A stretch of 64,000 nucleotides of DNA. It comes from Prasinococcaceae sp. CCMP 1430 (taxonomy: Eukaryota; Plantae; Prasinodermophyta). The position numbers were made by a program, and so were the translations under genes. Where the stretch lies: positions 1-64,000 of the forward strand of contig RQSC01001045.1 in NCBI GenBank assembly GCA_013416795.1. The letters are read 5' to 3'. The notes beneath the pieces are model-generated. The model saw only the letters and a list, made by a program, of their open reading frames with translations, searched no databases and was not told the DNA's origin. How positions within the stretch are numbered: the first letter of the stretch is position 1; each line of letters opens with the position of its first letter. Below, one piece after another: positions 21,884 to 33,036 of this stretch.

Positions 21884-22792
21884 ATGCCACGGCCAGCCGA
21901 CGCCGACGCGGCGCCCGAGGCGCCCGGGGGCGCGCCGCCACAGGCGCCGCCCTCCNCGGCGGTGGATGCCATGCGGCTCGTGCTCAACACGGTCATCATG
22001 GACGGCAAGGTCGTCATCGGCGAGGGCGAGAAGGACGAGGCGCCGATGCTGTTCAGCGGCGAGTACCTCGGCGACGGCAGCTGGCCGGCGGTGGACATCG
22101 CAGTCGACCCGCTCGACGGCACCTCGCTCGTCGCGAAGGGCAAGCACGGCGCCATCACCGTGATCGCGCTCGCCGAGCGCGGCGCCATGTTCTCCCCGGG
22201 CAAGGCCTACTACATGAACAAGCTGTGCGTGCCGTACGAGGCCGCCGGCATGGTCGACATCGACGCGCCCGTCGCGCGCAACGTCAAGGCCGTCGCCGAC
22301 GCACTGGGCAAGGACGTGTGCGACATCTCGGTGGCGGTGCTCGACCGCCCCCGCCACTCGGAGCTCATCTACAACATCCGCCGGGCGGGCGCGCGCGTGC
22401 ACCTCATCGACGACGGCGACGTGGCCGCCGCGCTGGCGGCCGCCACGCCGGGCAACGACGTCGACATGCTCATGGGCATCGGGGGCTCGGCCGAGGGCGT
22501 CATCACCGCCGCCGCCATGCGCTGCCTCGGCGGCGAGTTCCAGGGAAAGCTGTGGGCGCGCGACGAGGCCGAGGCCGAGCGCCTCGAGGACGAGGGCTTC
22601 GACCTGGAAACCACGATGACCGCCACCGACCTCTGCCGCGGCGAGCAGATCTTCTTCGCGGCGACCGGCGTGTCCACCGGCGACCTGCTCAAGGGCGTGC
22701 GCTTCACGCCCGGCGGCGCGCTGACCTCGAGCCTGGTCATGCGGGCCAAAAGCGGCACCGTTCGCTCCATCGAGACCACCCATCGCTTCTAG
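21884..22792 (+). CDS. glpX: Class II fructose-1,6-bisphosphatase (GlpX); N-terminal part lost at the N at 21956
   Basis: VVIGEGEKDEAPML, IAVDPLDGT, LDRPRH, IDDGDV, GIGGSAEGV, FFAATGVSTGDLLKGV, SLVMRAKSGTVR. Confidence 0.95.
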   Translation: MPRPADADAAPEAPGGAPPQAPPSXAVDAMRLVLNTVIMDGKVVIGEGEKDEAPMLFSGEYLGDGSWPAVDIAVDPLDGTSLVAKGKHGAITVIALAERGAMFSPGKAYYMNKLCVPYEAAGMVDIDAPVARNVKAVADALGKDVCDISVAVLDRPRHSELIYNIRRAGARVHLIDDGDVAAALAAATPGNDVDMLMGIGGSAEGVITAAAMRCLGGEFQGKLWARDEAEAERLEDEGFDLETTMTATDLCRGEQIFFAATGVSTGDLLKGVRFTPGGALTSSLVMRAKSGTVRSIETTHRF

Positions 22793-22971
22793 CTAGTGGT
22801 GGGGCCGTGTTCCACTAGCGCGTGTTCCATACACATTGTTGTCACTAAGCAAGCTGCATGCACCCAGAGAGGCGTGCTCATTCGTTCCTTCCCCGTGCCC
22901 CCCCCCCCTCACCGCGCTCCCCGCACGCGCGCGCGCACGCTCCCCTTTGCGCCTTGATTGTCCGCGCGAAG

Positions 22972-23893
22972 GTCGACGACGAAGAGGGCGCAGACGCGGC
23001 GGCGGAGGGCCTTGACGAGCTGAGCCTCGACCTCAGCGGCGCCAAGAAGAAGAAGAAGAAGAAGAAGGACGCAGCGCCGGCGGACGACTTGGACGGCGAC
23101 GACCTCTCGCTCGACCTGGGGCTGAGCAAGAAGAAGAAGAAGAAGAAGAAGAAGGACGCCGCGGAGGAGGTGAGGGGGCGCGCGCGCGGCAATGCACGAA
23201 GCTCGCGGACGCTCGCGGGTGCGCGCGCGACACGCGCGCACCCCGTCGCGTTCAAAATCGATATATAGAGGCGTGCGCCACTGCCCGAGCGTCGCCTGAC
23301 CCGCCGCGCGTGCGCACCTTTAGGGCGGCGAGGCTGAGGCGCCCAAGGCGCGCAATCCGTACGACTCGGACTCGGACTCGGAGGACGACGCGCCGAAGAA
23401 GGACTACCCGTGGCAGGGCAGCGACCGCGACTACAAGTACGACGAGATGCTCGACCGCGTGTTCGGCATCATTCGCACTGCCAACCCCGAGCTCGGCGGC
23501 AAGAAGCGCACCGTGCTCAAGCCGCCGCAGGTGCTGCGTGAGGGCACCAAGAAGACCGTGTTCGTCAACTTCGTCGACCTGTGCAAGGCGATGCACAGGC
23601 AGGAGGACCACGTGATGCAGTACCTGCTGGTTGAGCTGGGCACGACGGGCTCTCTGGACGGCCAGAAACGCCTCATTTGCAAGGGCCGCTTCATGCCCAA
23701 GGTGTTTGAGGGCATCTTGCGTCGCTACGTCAATGAGTACTGTCTGTGCTCCATGTGCAAGTCGACAGACACAGTGCTTTCCAAGAAGGACAGGCTCACA
23801 TTCGTTTCTTGCAACTCTTGTGGCGCCACGCGCTCGGTGCAGGCGGTCAAGGCGGGCTTCGTCGCGCAGGTGGGGCGCCGGCCGCGCAAGTAA
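22972..23893 (+). CDS. EIF2S2: Translation initiation factor eIF2 beta; intron 23170-23323; first exon unclear
   Basis: Poly-Lys boxes, DYKYDEMLDRVF, LKPPQVLREGTKKTVF, ELGTTGSLDG, CSMCKS..CNSCG. Confidence 0.95.
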
Positions 23894-24274
23894 ACGAAAG
23901 CTGCACGCCCAAACACGTCCGCGCCCGCTCGCTGGCGCGAGCGGTGTCCGGAGTCGCGCGCACGCGCGCTATGCGCGCGTGTGCGAACCAAGCGCACGTG
24001 CGGTGTGCGGTGTGCGGTGACAGCCGCAGGTGCGCGCGCTGGACCCATTTGAAAAGTATGCCCATCTTACTTGACCTCACTACGTGGGCTTCTCAGGTGA
24101 GCCATGGACTTCCCGACACGCTACGAGGCGGCCAAAAACGCGGAGCGCGCGCTCCGGCACGGATGAGCCCGTCTTGCGTAGCCGGTCGTCTGCGAAGGGC
24201 AGCCGTCTTGGGCGCGCAGGAGACGCTTCGCAGACTCAGTCGATGGAGTGCATCTGCAGCAGTAGCAGGAAGCG

Positions 24275-26092
24275 CTAGTGGCCATAGCCCTGAAATGCGA
24301 CGTCGATGCTGTCGCACGTGCGCGCGACATCGTTCCAAGGGTTGGGCCCGAGCACATCGGGACAGTCGTCCGCCATCAGCGTGAGTGGCTGCGCGCCCGC
24401 CGTCAAATCGCGGAACCAAAGCCGCAGCGGCTCGGCCTCGCCCTCGACGTGCCCGTAGATGCCTCCGGCCAGGTCCTGCAGGACGGCGTCGGCCATGACT
24501 ATCGCCCCCTCGAACCAGTCCAGTCCACCGCCCACCGACAGTATGCCGTCTTCGCGGAGCACCGTCTTCACGCCGCCGGGCAGCGCACTGACGTTGTAGG
24601 TGAGCAGGAACGAGGTCAGGTTGTACCCAACAGGGTCGGGCGAGTAGGACTCGTCGACGATGACGGAGACATTTTGCGCGGACAGGTAGTCCCACATCTC
24701 GCCGCTGGTGTTGAAACCCACGTGCGAGGGCAGGCCTGACCACGAGCTAATCTGGACCGTCATGTTGGACGTGTCGACGTTGCGCGCGCCGGCGTCGGCA
24801 ACCAGCGCCAACTTGTAGTCTGCCACGGATACCACAAACTCGGGGGGCGTCGAAAACGAGCTGTAGCTGATGAAGGCGACACCGGGGCGGTCGCTCGCCG
24901 GCACATCCGCGGCAGCCATGGCCTTGGTGCATTCGTAGTTCGCGGCGATCTTGCTGAACACCTCCTCGGCCTCGAGCTCCATGTTGTAGAAGAAGCTCAC
25001 AAACTTGAGCCACTCAGACCTATGCAACGGCCCCGGGTCGGCCGAGGCGGAGAAGCTGATCGCCTTCGGTTGATCAGGATTGGGAGAGCCATTGAGCAGC
25101 CCGTCGACGGCCGCCATCTGCTCGTCGTAGACTGGGAGCGCGAACAAGCGTCAGCAACAGAGAGAAGGGCACTCTAGCTAGCTAGAGAGTATACAAGGAG
25201 AGGTAGCAACAGGGCGAGCGAGAGAGCGCGACAACGCGTGGGCTCCACCGCGACACGTCGGGCGTGGCATCGGCACACCCGCTCGCCGCCTGCTGTTTCG
25301 CCAGGCACGATGCCTCTACTACTGCGCCGCGCAATCTGCGTGTCTCGCGGCATGCCCCTCACTCACTCAGCTCGTTGCCCGGGTTGTAGTACGAATCAGG
25401 GGACGGCTCGACCTGGGTGACGAGACCCTGGTTGTTGGCGAGGTGAAGGCACGGGTTGGTGGCATACTGGAGATCGACGTACAAGATAGACTCGCGCAGC
25501 CCGAGGAGCTCCATGTACGCGATCACGGTGGTGTCCGTGACAGACACGTCGCTCAGTGGCACGTTGAAATGCTTGGCGTCCCAGGGCACCTTCGGTGGCT
25601 TCGGCGGCACGCCGCAGACGGTCAGCACGTACGTCTCGTTGAAGAGCAGGTTGCGCACGATCTTGTAGTTGTAGTAGTACTCGACCTGGTTGAGCAGATG
25701 GCAAGGGGGGGAGGAGAGGCGTGATCATCGAGTCAGGGTCAGCGTCGTCGACAATCATCAATGGCTGTCAGACTGTCATTACTCGAACGAGCATGTGCGT
25801 GCGAAAGCGCTCCCCCGCCATCGCCGATCCCTGGCAGGCGATCACTTACTTCGAAGTGCTCGGCGACGCGCACGGCGGCATTCGGCTGAGCCCCGCCGTC
25901 CGATGCGTCCACCTCGTAGGCGCTCGTGAGGCCGAGGGGATCGACGCTCTTCGCCGCCGTCAGCTTCGCCGCGAAGTTGTCGGTGGGGGACGCGCACGGG
26001 GGGAGCCCCTCCTGGGCGCTGGCGCCCGCGGCGGCGCACAGCGCCAGCGCCAGCCCCACCGCCGCGCGGCGCGTCGGCATCTCGAGGCCCAT
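24275..26092 (-). CDS. CBA1: CBA1-like cobalamin acquisition protein (periplasmic-binding-protein fold, signal peptide); introns 25686-25849 and 25132-25366
   Basis: Signal peptide; spliced FE|VEYYYNYKIVRN..ETYVLTVCG..FNVPL..AYMELLG..NPC; DPGPLHRSEWLKFVSFFYNME; DWFEGA..VLQDL..WFRDL. Both introns splice in phase. Confidence 0.8.
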
Positions 26093-26181
26093 TCCCTCCA
26101 CGATACGATCGAGCCGCGCGCTGTACGACCGCCCGGGCTGCACGCGAACGCGCGCGCTGTGGCACGCCGCGCCGGCAGCCG

Positions 26182-26223
26182 CCCCTCGCCCCTCGCCCCT
26201 CGCCCCTCGCCCCTCGCCCCTCG
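26182..26223. repeat. (CGCCCCT)n heptamer repeat upstream of CBA1
   Basis: Five to six tandem copies. Confidence 0.8.
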
Positions 26224-27129
26224 CCACCGCCACCGCCAGCGAGCTGCCACGCCAGCAATGTGTCGGTGAGGGTTTCATCTTCGCGATCGCCGGAGCGCGT
26301 CATCCAATACGCCGCCGATATTTTCCGTCGCGCGCTTATCGCGCACGAAAAAACTCCGAAAGAATTCGAACCCTCATCGATTCTATCTTTACACAAATGC
26401 CTCAAAAGAGCGGCGGAACGAATTTGAGCGTGAGTTTCTGTTTTTGTTGAGTTTGTGTGCGGCGCGCCGCCGCGGCGCGCGCGGGTGAGCGTGGCGCCCG
26501 CCGGGGTTCGCACGGCGCCCGCACACCGCACTGCACCTGGTGGCGCACCACGCCAGCCCTCCCGCGTGCGCTGTGTACGTCCCAGGATGGCATGGGAAGC
26601 TGCGTGCGGCGCGAGGGGGCGTACCACACGCGAGGGGAGCCGCTGAGCGAGCGCATCGACTCCACGTGCGTCCGATAGGATGTGATCGTGTGGTCAGGCG
26701 GTCACAGCCGCCCAGCACTATGTCGAGCTCTTGGTACGTCCATCTCATTCGTGGATGCGTGTGCCACCGCGCGGGCGCACGTGCGCGGCGGCAGGGCAAG
26801 GGCAAACCTGTGTGAACGTGCGGCGGAAAAGTACAGTACTTGTGCCGTACAGGTGGCTGTGGCGAAATACAACCAACTCCAAATAATAAGTCCCAGATAC
26901 GAAAACAAAAGCGAGCATGCACGGTCACGCACATGAGGTGACCCCCAGCACTCCACGTCCCACGCACCGCGTCGAGGCCCCCGCACACGCGCATGGCGCG
27001 CACGCATCAGCCAAGTCAGGCAGCCATCGGAAACGTTTGGTGTGATCATTGACGTAGGTTTACACTCCACCCCCCCCTTCCTCTGCGCCTCTCATCTCAC
27101 ATCTTCCTTCTCTCCCCTCTCATCCCGTC

Positions 27130-27345
27130 CTTGGCCCGCTTGCGTCGGTGCTCCCTCCCTCGCGCGCGTCCAAGCAGTTAAGTGATTGTTGTTGTGCGCG
27201 TGCGCTCCCGCTCTCTCTGCCGCTGCGTGTGTTGGCCCGGCGTGGCCCGCTCGCGTCGATGCTCCCTCCCTCGTGCGCGTCCAAGCGGTTAGTGGCTGCG
27301 CTCGTGCGTTCCGCTCTCTCGCCTCCTGCGTGTGTTGCCCGGGAG
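27130..27345. repeat. Degenerate ~110-bp tandem duplication downstream of the MYB gene
   Basis: TGGCCCGCTYGCGTCGRTGCTCCCTCCCTCGYGCGCGTCCAAGCRGTTA...CTGCGTGTGTTG occurs twice. Confidence 0.75.
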
Positions 27346-27473
27346 CGCGACTCGGAGGCGCGCGTAGTATACCGGCGGGGCGCGCGCGCGCGGACGCCCA
27401 GCAACGCAGCCGCGCCGGCGCGCGCCCGGCTGGTCGCCAATGCGCGGCCGAGCGAGGTGCCGGCGGGCGCGCA

Positions 27474-29498
27474 TCAGTCGAGCTCGTCGTACAGGTGCGC
27501 CCAGAGCTTGACCGCGGCGCCGCCCTCTTTGAGCGACACTTTGCGCACGAGGCGGCGCGCCGCGTTCACGCGGTTCTTGAGGGCATTGGCCGAGCGCCCC
27601 TTGACGAGCTTGGCAAGCCCCGACCAGTCGTTGCCGTGCTTGGCGTGCATGCGCGCGAGCAGCTCCACCTCGTCGTCGGTGAAGGGCCCGCCAACGATTC
27701 CGGGGCGCAGGTAGTCGCGCCAGCGCGCGTGAATCTGCTTGGGGCGCTTGCCCATCTCCTTGGAGACGGCCACCCACTTGCCGGTGCCGTACTTGGCGAC
27801 CAGCTTCTTGCACAGCTCGTCGTCCTCGGAGGTCCAGTGGCGCGACTGAAAGATGCGCGTGTCGGGATCCTTGCTGCCGCCCCTGCTGCCGCCCGCGCCA
27901 GCACCCGGCGGCGCGAAGGCCGAGCGCGGGGAACCCAACGCCACGCTCGAGCGCCTCCTCTTCCTCTTGCTGCTGCTGCCCCCCCTGCCTCTCTTGCCGC
28001 CGCCGTCGTCGTCATCGGAGTCGCTCGAGGCGTACTCATAGTCAGAATCATCGTCCAGGTCGGCCTCGGCGAGCGAGCGCTTGCGCATGGGCACGTGCTG
28101 CCGCAGGTGCGCCGGACGCGGACGCTGCGGCTGCGGCTGTTCCAGGCGCTGCGCCAGGGCATCGTGCTGCCCCGCTGCCTTGGCCGCCTTGCTCCTCTTG
28201 CCGTGCGCCTTCTTGCCATCCCTCCCACCTGCCCCCGCCCCTGCCCCCGCCCCGCCCTCTTCGCCCGCCCCGTTGGACACGGCAAGCTCCCACTCTTCGG
28301 CCCCGTCTGTCGGATCCTCCGCGTGCCCGTCCGCGTCGATGGGGTGCTTGGATTTGCGATGCGCTCCTGCGGGGCTGCTGACGGCGTCGTAGTCGGTCGA
28401 GCGCTTGCCCCCGCGCCCTGGCTGCTTCGCCTGTCTGCCGCGGGCGCCATTGGCTGCGCCGCCGCACAGCTTCTTCTGCGCCTTCTTGCCCTTGCCCTTG
28501 GCGATGACGCCAGCGGCCGCGCTGCTTCCGTTGGTGCCACGGCTGTCAGAGGGCGAGCCACCGCGGCGGGCCTTCGTCGGATTGCCGTTCGCGGTGCCGC
28601 CGCCAACAGGCGAGGCGAGCGCGTTGCCCTTGATCAAGTTGGCGTGCGCGCCACTGGGCTGCTTGATGATGCCAGGGAGGCCACCCAGCGCGAGCGAGCG
28701 CGGCGAACCGAAGACCACGCCGGGCACGCCCGCCGCTGCGCGCGGCGAGCCAGCACCGAGGGCGGCGCCTGTCGCCCACGCCGCCTGGAAGGCCGCGGGC
28801 AGCACGCTCATCGTCGCGTCCACGCCCGCGGCTCCGGGCGGCGGCGGGAAGTTGGCGAAGGCGCCCGCCGTCCCGCCGCCGGTGGCGATGCCGCTGTAGC
28901 CGCCGCCCCCAGTGTGCAGGCCCTCACTCGGCGAGGCGAGCCCGTCACCCGGGCGCCCGTGCCACCCGTTGGCGTTCGTGGGGGAGCGCTGCTCCTCGGA
29001 GTCGTCACCGCCCACGCAGTAGAGCGCAGAGGCGTGCGCATACGCCGCGTGGCGTGCTCCCGCCACCAGGTACCGCGAGCGTTTGGCTGCGCCGCCGCCG
29101 CCGCCGCCGGCGACCGCGCGGCGCGCGCCCCCCGCGGCGTCCACCGCCGCGCCGGGCACTGGCACCATCATGAAGGGGTTCGAGGAGTCAAGGCGCATCA
29201 CGTCGGCCACGTCGGACGTCTGCGCGGCGCGGCCCTCCTCCGTGGTGCCGCTGGTGCCCGCGGCACCCGACACCACCGTGCCGCCGCTGTTGTTGCTCAG
29301 GCTCGCGGTGGGCGCCATGCCGCCCCCCGCCGTGGCAGCCGCGGCCGAGGCGCCCGCGCGGTGCGCGCCGCTGGCCGCCGCAGGCGGCTGCACGGGCGCC
29401 GAGAGGCCCACCTGCAGCCCCAGGAGGTCGCCGCAGTGGTGCGCGTCGTCGTCGGAGCCCAGCGGCGACGGCGTGGCCTTTCGTTTGGATGGCGGCAT
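27474..29498 (-). CDS. Two-repeat MYB transcription factor (repeats at the C-terminus)
   Basis: WTSEDDELCKKLVAKYGTGKW..WRDYLRPGI..FTDDEVELLARMHAKHGNDWSGLAKLVKGRSANALKNR. Confidence 0.9.
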   Translation of the reverse strand: MPPSKRKATPSPLGSDDDAHHCGDLLGLQVGLSAPVQPPAAASGAHRAGASAAAATAGGGMAPTASLSNNSGGTVVSGAAGTSGTTEEGRAAQTSDVADVMRLDSSNPFMMVPVPGAAVDAAGGARRAVAGGGGGGAAKRSRYLVAGARHAAYAHASALYCVGGDDSEEQRSPTNANGWHGRPGDGLASPSEGLHTGGGGYSGIATGGGTAGAFANFPPPPGAAGVDATMSVLPAAFQAAWATGAALGAGSPRAAAGVPGVVFGSPRSLALGGLPGIIKQPSGAHANLIKGNALASPVGGGTANGNPTKARRGGSPSDSRGTNGSSAAAGVIAKGKGKKAQKKLCGGAANGARGRQAKQPGRGGKRSTDYDAVSSPAGAHRKSKHPIDADGHAEDPTDGAEEWELAVSNGAGEEGGAGAGAGAGGRDGKKAHGKRSKAAKAAGQHDALAQRLEQPQPQRPRPAHLRQHVPMRKRSLAEADLDDDSDYEYASSDSDDDDGGGKRGRGGSSSKRKRRRSSVALGSPRSAFAPPGAGAGGSRGGSKDPDTRIFQSRHWTSEDDELCKKLVAKYGTGKWVAVSKEMGKRPKQIHARWRDYLRPGIVGGPFTDDEVELLARMHAKHGNDWSGLAKLVKGRSANALKNRVNAARRLVRKVSLKEGGAAVKLWAHLYDELD

Positions 29499-29759
29499 CG
29501 CGGGCGTCGGGAGGGAAGGGCGCAGGTCGGGAGTGAGTGCCGTGTCAGCCGTCGGCGCAAGCGCATCCCTCCCCACTCGAGCGTGACAACTGACCGGGCC
29601 AGTGTGCGCGCATCGGCGCATTGCACCCCTCGCGCCGGCGGTTTCGTCGGCGAGCGCGCGCGACCGCGCGCGCCGCAGGGCCGCCCGGCCGCCCCGGCCT
29701 CTTCCCCCCTCGGGCGGCCTCCTCCCCACGGACCCCACCCTCCCGCGCGCGGCGCCGGC

Positions 29760-29920
29760 GCCCGGCGGGCTCTACAGCGAGGACATTGCCCAGACCTCGA
29801 GCGCGGACATGCGGCTGCTCGAGACGGTCAACCTGGCGAGGAAGCTCGAGCAACAGAGCACTGCTTTCAATCCGCGCTTCCTCGATGGCGTGGTGTATCA
29901 CCCGGGCGTAGGGGTTGACC
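29760..29920 (+). CDS. Coding-like fragment of an unknown gene running into a gap
   Basis: GC3-rich frame GGLYSEDIAQTSSADMRLLETVNLARKLEQQSTAFNPRFLDGVVYHPGVGVD. Confidence 0.35.
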
Positions 29921-30073
29921 NNNNNNNNNNNNNNNNNNNNNNNNNNNNNNNNNNNNNNNNNNNNNNNNNNNNNNNNNNNNNNNNNNNNNNNNNNNNNNNN
30001 NNNNNNNNNNNNNNNNNNNNNNNNNNNNNNNNNNNNNNNNNNNNNNNNNNNNNNNNNNNNNNNNNNNNNNNNN
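29921..30073. other. Assembly gap
   Basis: Run of N. Confidence 1.
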
Positions 30074-30660
30074 CGCGCCCTCGATTCGCGCGCCGCGCGC
30101 GCGCGCGCGCCACACCGTTTTTTCCGCGCGCGGCGCGCACCCGAAACGCACCGCAAACCAAATTTCCTAAATAATTTCGCATCGATTTCGCGCGCGGGAC
30201 CGCGGCGCGCGCGCCGCGCGCGCGCGCGCGGGTCGCTTCGGTGTCAGGTCGCTCGCTCCAAAAAACACACGGAATAAAATACTCACAATTCCGCGTTTTA
30301 TGACGTAAAATTACCAGCATCAAATAATAATGCGGAGTTACATTTGAAAGCATCGTGAGGACCTCCAGATCGGGTCAAATCATCGCATGCGTCGGCCGGC
30401 AGCGCCCCCGCGGCATCGATCGAGTGGATGTGGGCTTCCCGGATCAAATCCCGGATGCGACGCCGCGCCGCCCGCCGGGGAATCGCGCGCGGGGCGCGCG
30501 GAATCCCATCTGCGTGCCGCTCTGATTTTTTGATGCTCTGCGCGGGCACGCGAAAGTGATGGTGCAGACGCTGCCATGCAGGGATGAAATGTTTGCGAAC
30601 GTTCACGTCGCCTGCGGTCCACAGGTGAACGGCAGTCTGATAACGTGTGCGTGTCGTGAT

Positions 30661-30662
<2 letters not shown>

Positions 30663-30751
<89 letters not shown>

Positions 30752-30752
30752 N

Positions 30753-30827
<75 letters not shown>

Positions 30828-31052
30828 GTGTGTGTGCGTGCGTGTGTGAGCGTGTGTGTTCGCGTGCGCGCGCGCGTGTGAGCATACCGTTTGGCGATGG
30901 TGCGCAACACGGGCGACGAACAGTTGGGCGGTGTCGCGGCTCGCGCTGCGCCTGGCAGCGCAGGCGCCTCGTCGACCATTTGACTCGGCGGCGCGCGATT
31001 CGGTGCAGATCTTCGCAGCGCTCGGTGCGCTATGCGTGCGGCTTCACATGTG

Positions 31053-31085
<33 letters not shown>

Positions 31086-31273
31086 ACGTGTGTGGAACTG
31101 CGCGCGCGTACGCGCGTGCGTGTGTGCCGGCGCTTCTTGCAGAACCATCGAAATTGACGAGGAGCCGTCCGTGCCGGGATTCGGCGGCGTGAACGCGATC
31201 CGAATCTGGGGTACGCACGACGCGACACACGCCCACACGCACACGGACACACGCGCGCACGCACCCACACGAG

Positions 31274-31343
<70 letters not shown>

Positions 31344-31386
31344 NNNNNNNNNNNNNNNNNNNNNNNNNNNNNNNNNNNNNNNNNNN

Positions 31387-31443
<57 letters not shown>

Positions 31444-31490
31444 AGACAAGCACACACACGCACACACACACACACGCGCGTGCGCGCGCG
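30663..31490. repeat. Long (TG)n tracts (30663-30850, 31050-31090) and (CA)n tracts (31270-31470, containing an N gap)
   Basis: Read directly from the sequence. Confidence 0.95.
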
Positions 31491-31763
31491 CGCCCCCACG
31501 CGCAAGGCTCACGCGCGCATACGGCACATTGCACACGACAACACCACCATAGACCCTAAACCTAATGTACAGTACAGTATTATTCGTGTACCGTAACCTT
31601 CGTACTGTGCACAGCATGTGTGCAGAGCACTGCTCCCGCCTCGCGCCGAGCCCGCGCGTGCGCGCGCTCGAGCTGCTCCATGGCGTGTAGGCAGAGGTGT
31701 GTGTGTGTGTGGGAGCGGCCTCGCGTCTCCTCACGCGCCGCCGCCGCGGCCGCCGCGGCCGCA

Positions 31764-32858
31764 TCAGACGCGGCTCGTCAGGAGGGGCGACGCCTCGTCC
31801 GCGGCGGCGCGGGGCTTGCGCTCCGCCCGCTCGAGGCGGCCGAGTGAGTCGTCGTCCTCGTCGGCGGGCGCGGCGCGGCGCTCAGCGACGTCGACCGCGC
31901 GGCCGGTGGCGGCGACGGCGACGGCCGGCGCGAGGAAGAGCGCGAAGGGCCACCAGTGCGCCGACGCGCACAGGAGGAGGGCCCAGGCGAGCGTGCGATG
32001 GACGGCGCGGAAGGTGCCGGCGACGCGGTGCCAGTGGCGCTGGCGGGCGTGGGCGGCGAGGACGATGAGCGCGACGAACGTCACCAGGCCGAAGATGAAG
32101 GTGAGGTTGTCGATGTCGCTGGTCGGGCGGAACCCGAGCAGGTCGAGCTCCCCCCGCGACGCGAGGAAGGCGAGCTCGCCAACGGCGTGCACGGAGCCCC
32201 AAAAGAGCGTCGCCCAGGCGGCCTTGACGTGGCACGCCTTCAGGGTGGCGCGCGAGCAGCCCAGCAGCGGCGCGAGGAAGGCCGCCCCCGAGGAGGGGAT
32301 CGCCACGAAGCCGACGTGCCAGCTCAGGGGGTACGCCGCCGCGATCGAGACGGCGAGGAGGACGGAGGATGCGTCCTCTTGGTAGTAGGGCGAGCTCGCG
32401 TATTGGGCGAGCGGCACGAGGAACCAGAGGCTCGACGCGGCGCCCCAGAGCGCCTGGAAGGCGGTGACGGTGCCCCCGTGCGGGGCCGCCTCGCGCAGCA
32501 GGGGCCTTCGCGCCCGGTCGAGCGCTCGGCCGTCAGCCCCGTCGCTCGTGAGGCGAGGGCCGGCTCGATGCGCCGCCAGTGCCGCCAGGCCGAGCGGCAC
32601 CACCAGCAGGAAGAGCGTGACGCCCGCGAAGGGCGTGAAGCCCAGGAAGCCGCTCTGGAAGCAGTACTCCTCCGCGACGTGCGAGTCATTCTTGGCGGAG
32701 GTGCAATTCAGCGAGGGGCTGAACTGGTTGGTCAGGCCGCCCACACCACCGACGCCCCCGACCTGGTCGCCGAGCCTGTACAGCGCGCTGCGCAGCGGCT
32801 CGAACAAGACGCTCATCAACGCCAGCCAGTAGAGGCCCCACGCGAGCGGATTGGCCAT
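31764..32858 (-). CDS. Ferric-reductase-like transmembrane (heme) domain protein, stand-alone
   Basis: Multiple TM helices with paired His motifs HVKAAWATLFWGSVH and HRTLAWALLLCASAH; no FAD/NAD(P)H domains before the stop. Confidence 0.7.
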   Translation of the reverse strand: MANPLAWGLYWLALMSVLFEPLRSALYRLGDQVGGVGGVGGLTNQFSPSLNCTSAKNDSHVAEEYCFQSGFLGFTPFAGVTLFLLVVPLGLAALAAHRAGPRLTSDGADGRALDRARRPLLREAAPHGGTVTAFQALWGAASSLWFLVPLAQYASSPYYQEDASSVLLAVSIAAAYPLSWHVGFVAIPSSGAAFLAPLLGCSRATLKACHVKAAWATLFWGSVHAVGELAFLASRGELDLLGFRPTSDIDNLTFIFGLVTFVALIVLAAHARQRHWHRVAGTFRAVHRTLAWALLLCASAHWWPFALFLAPAVAVAATGRAVDVAERRAAPADEDDDSLGRLERAERKPRAAADEASPLLTSRV

Positions 32859-33036
32859 GCCGGCTCGCGGAGCCGAGCGGCCCCGCGAGCGTCTGCGGGC
32901 CAGCGCCCCCTCCGCGCTCTCCGCGGCGCGCGCGCGCGCGCGTCGCCGCCAACGGCGATGCGCGGCGGCGCCGGAGGCACCGCAAGGGGGGGCGGCGCGC
33001 CCCCCACCCACCTCCACCCCTCCCNCGTGCATGGGC

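Noticed and set aside
9198-22783. Very long ORFs spanning N runs (9198..12209, 9753..13565, 20171..22783)
   Set aside because: Artefacts of N translation and GC-rich stop scarcity; they merge separate genes.
30570-30650. Second SECIS-like hairpin (ATGA..AA..CGTTCAC/GTGAACG..TGAT)
   Set aside because: Helix II does not pair next to the core, and there is no upstream UGA-containing ORF.
30298-31764. Cys-Val and His-Thr repeat ORFs
   Set aside because: Translations of (TG)n/(CA)n microsatellites.
8200-32858. Trace-nutrient or sulfur gene cluster (Sec-Grx, CBS, CBA1, ferric reductase)
   Set aside because: The genes are interleaved with unrelated housekeeping genes and separated by gaps and suspected misjoins; linkage is unsupported.
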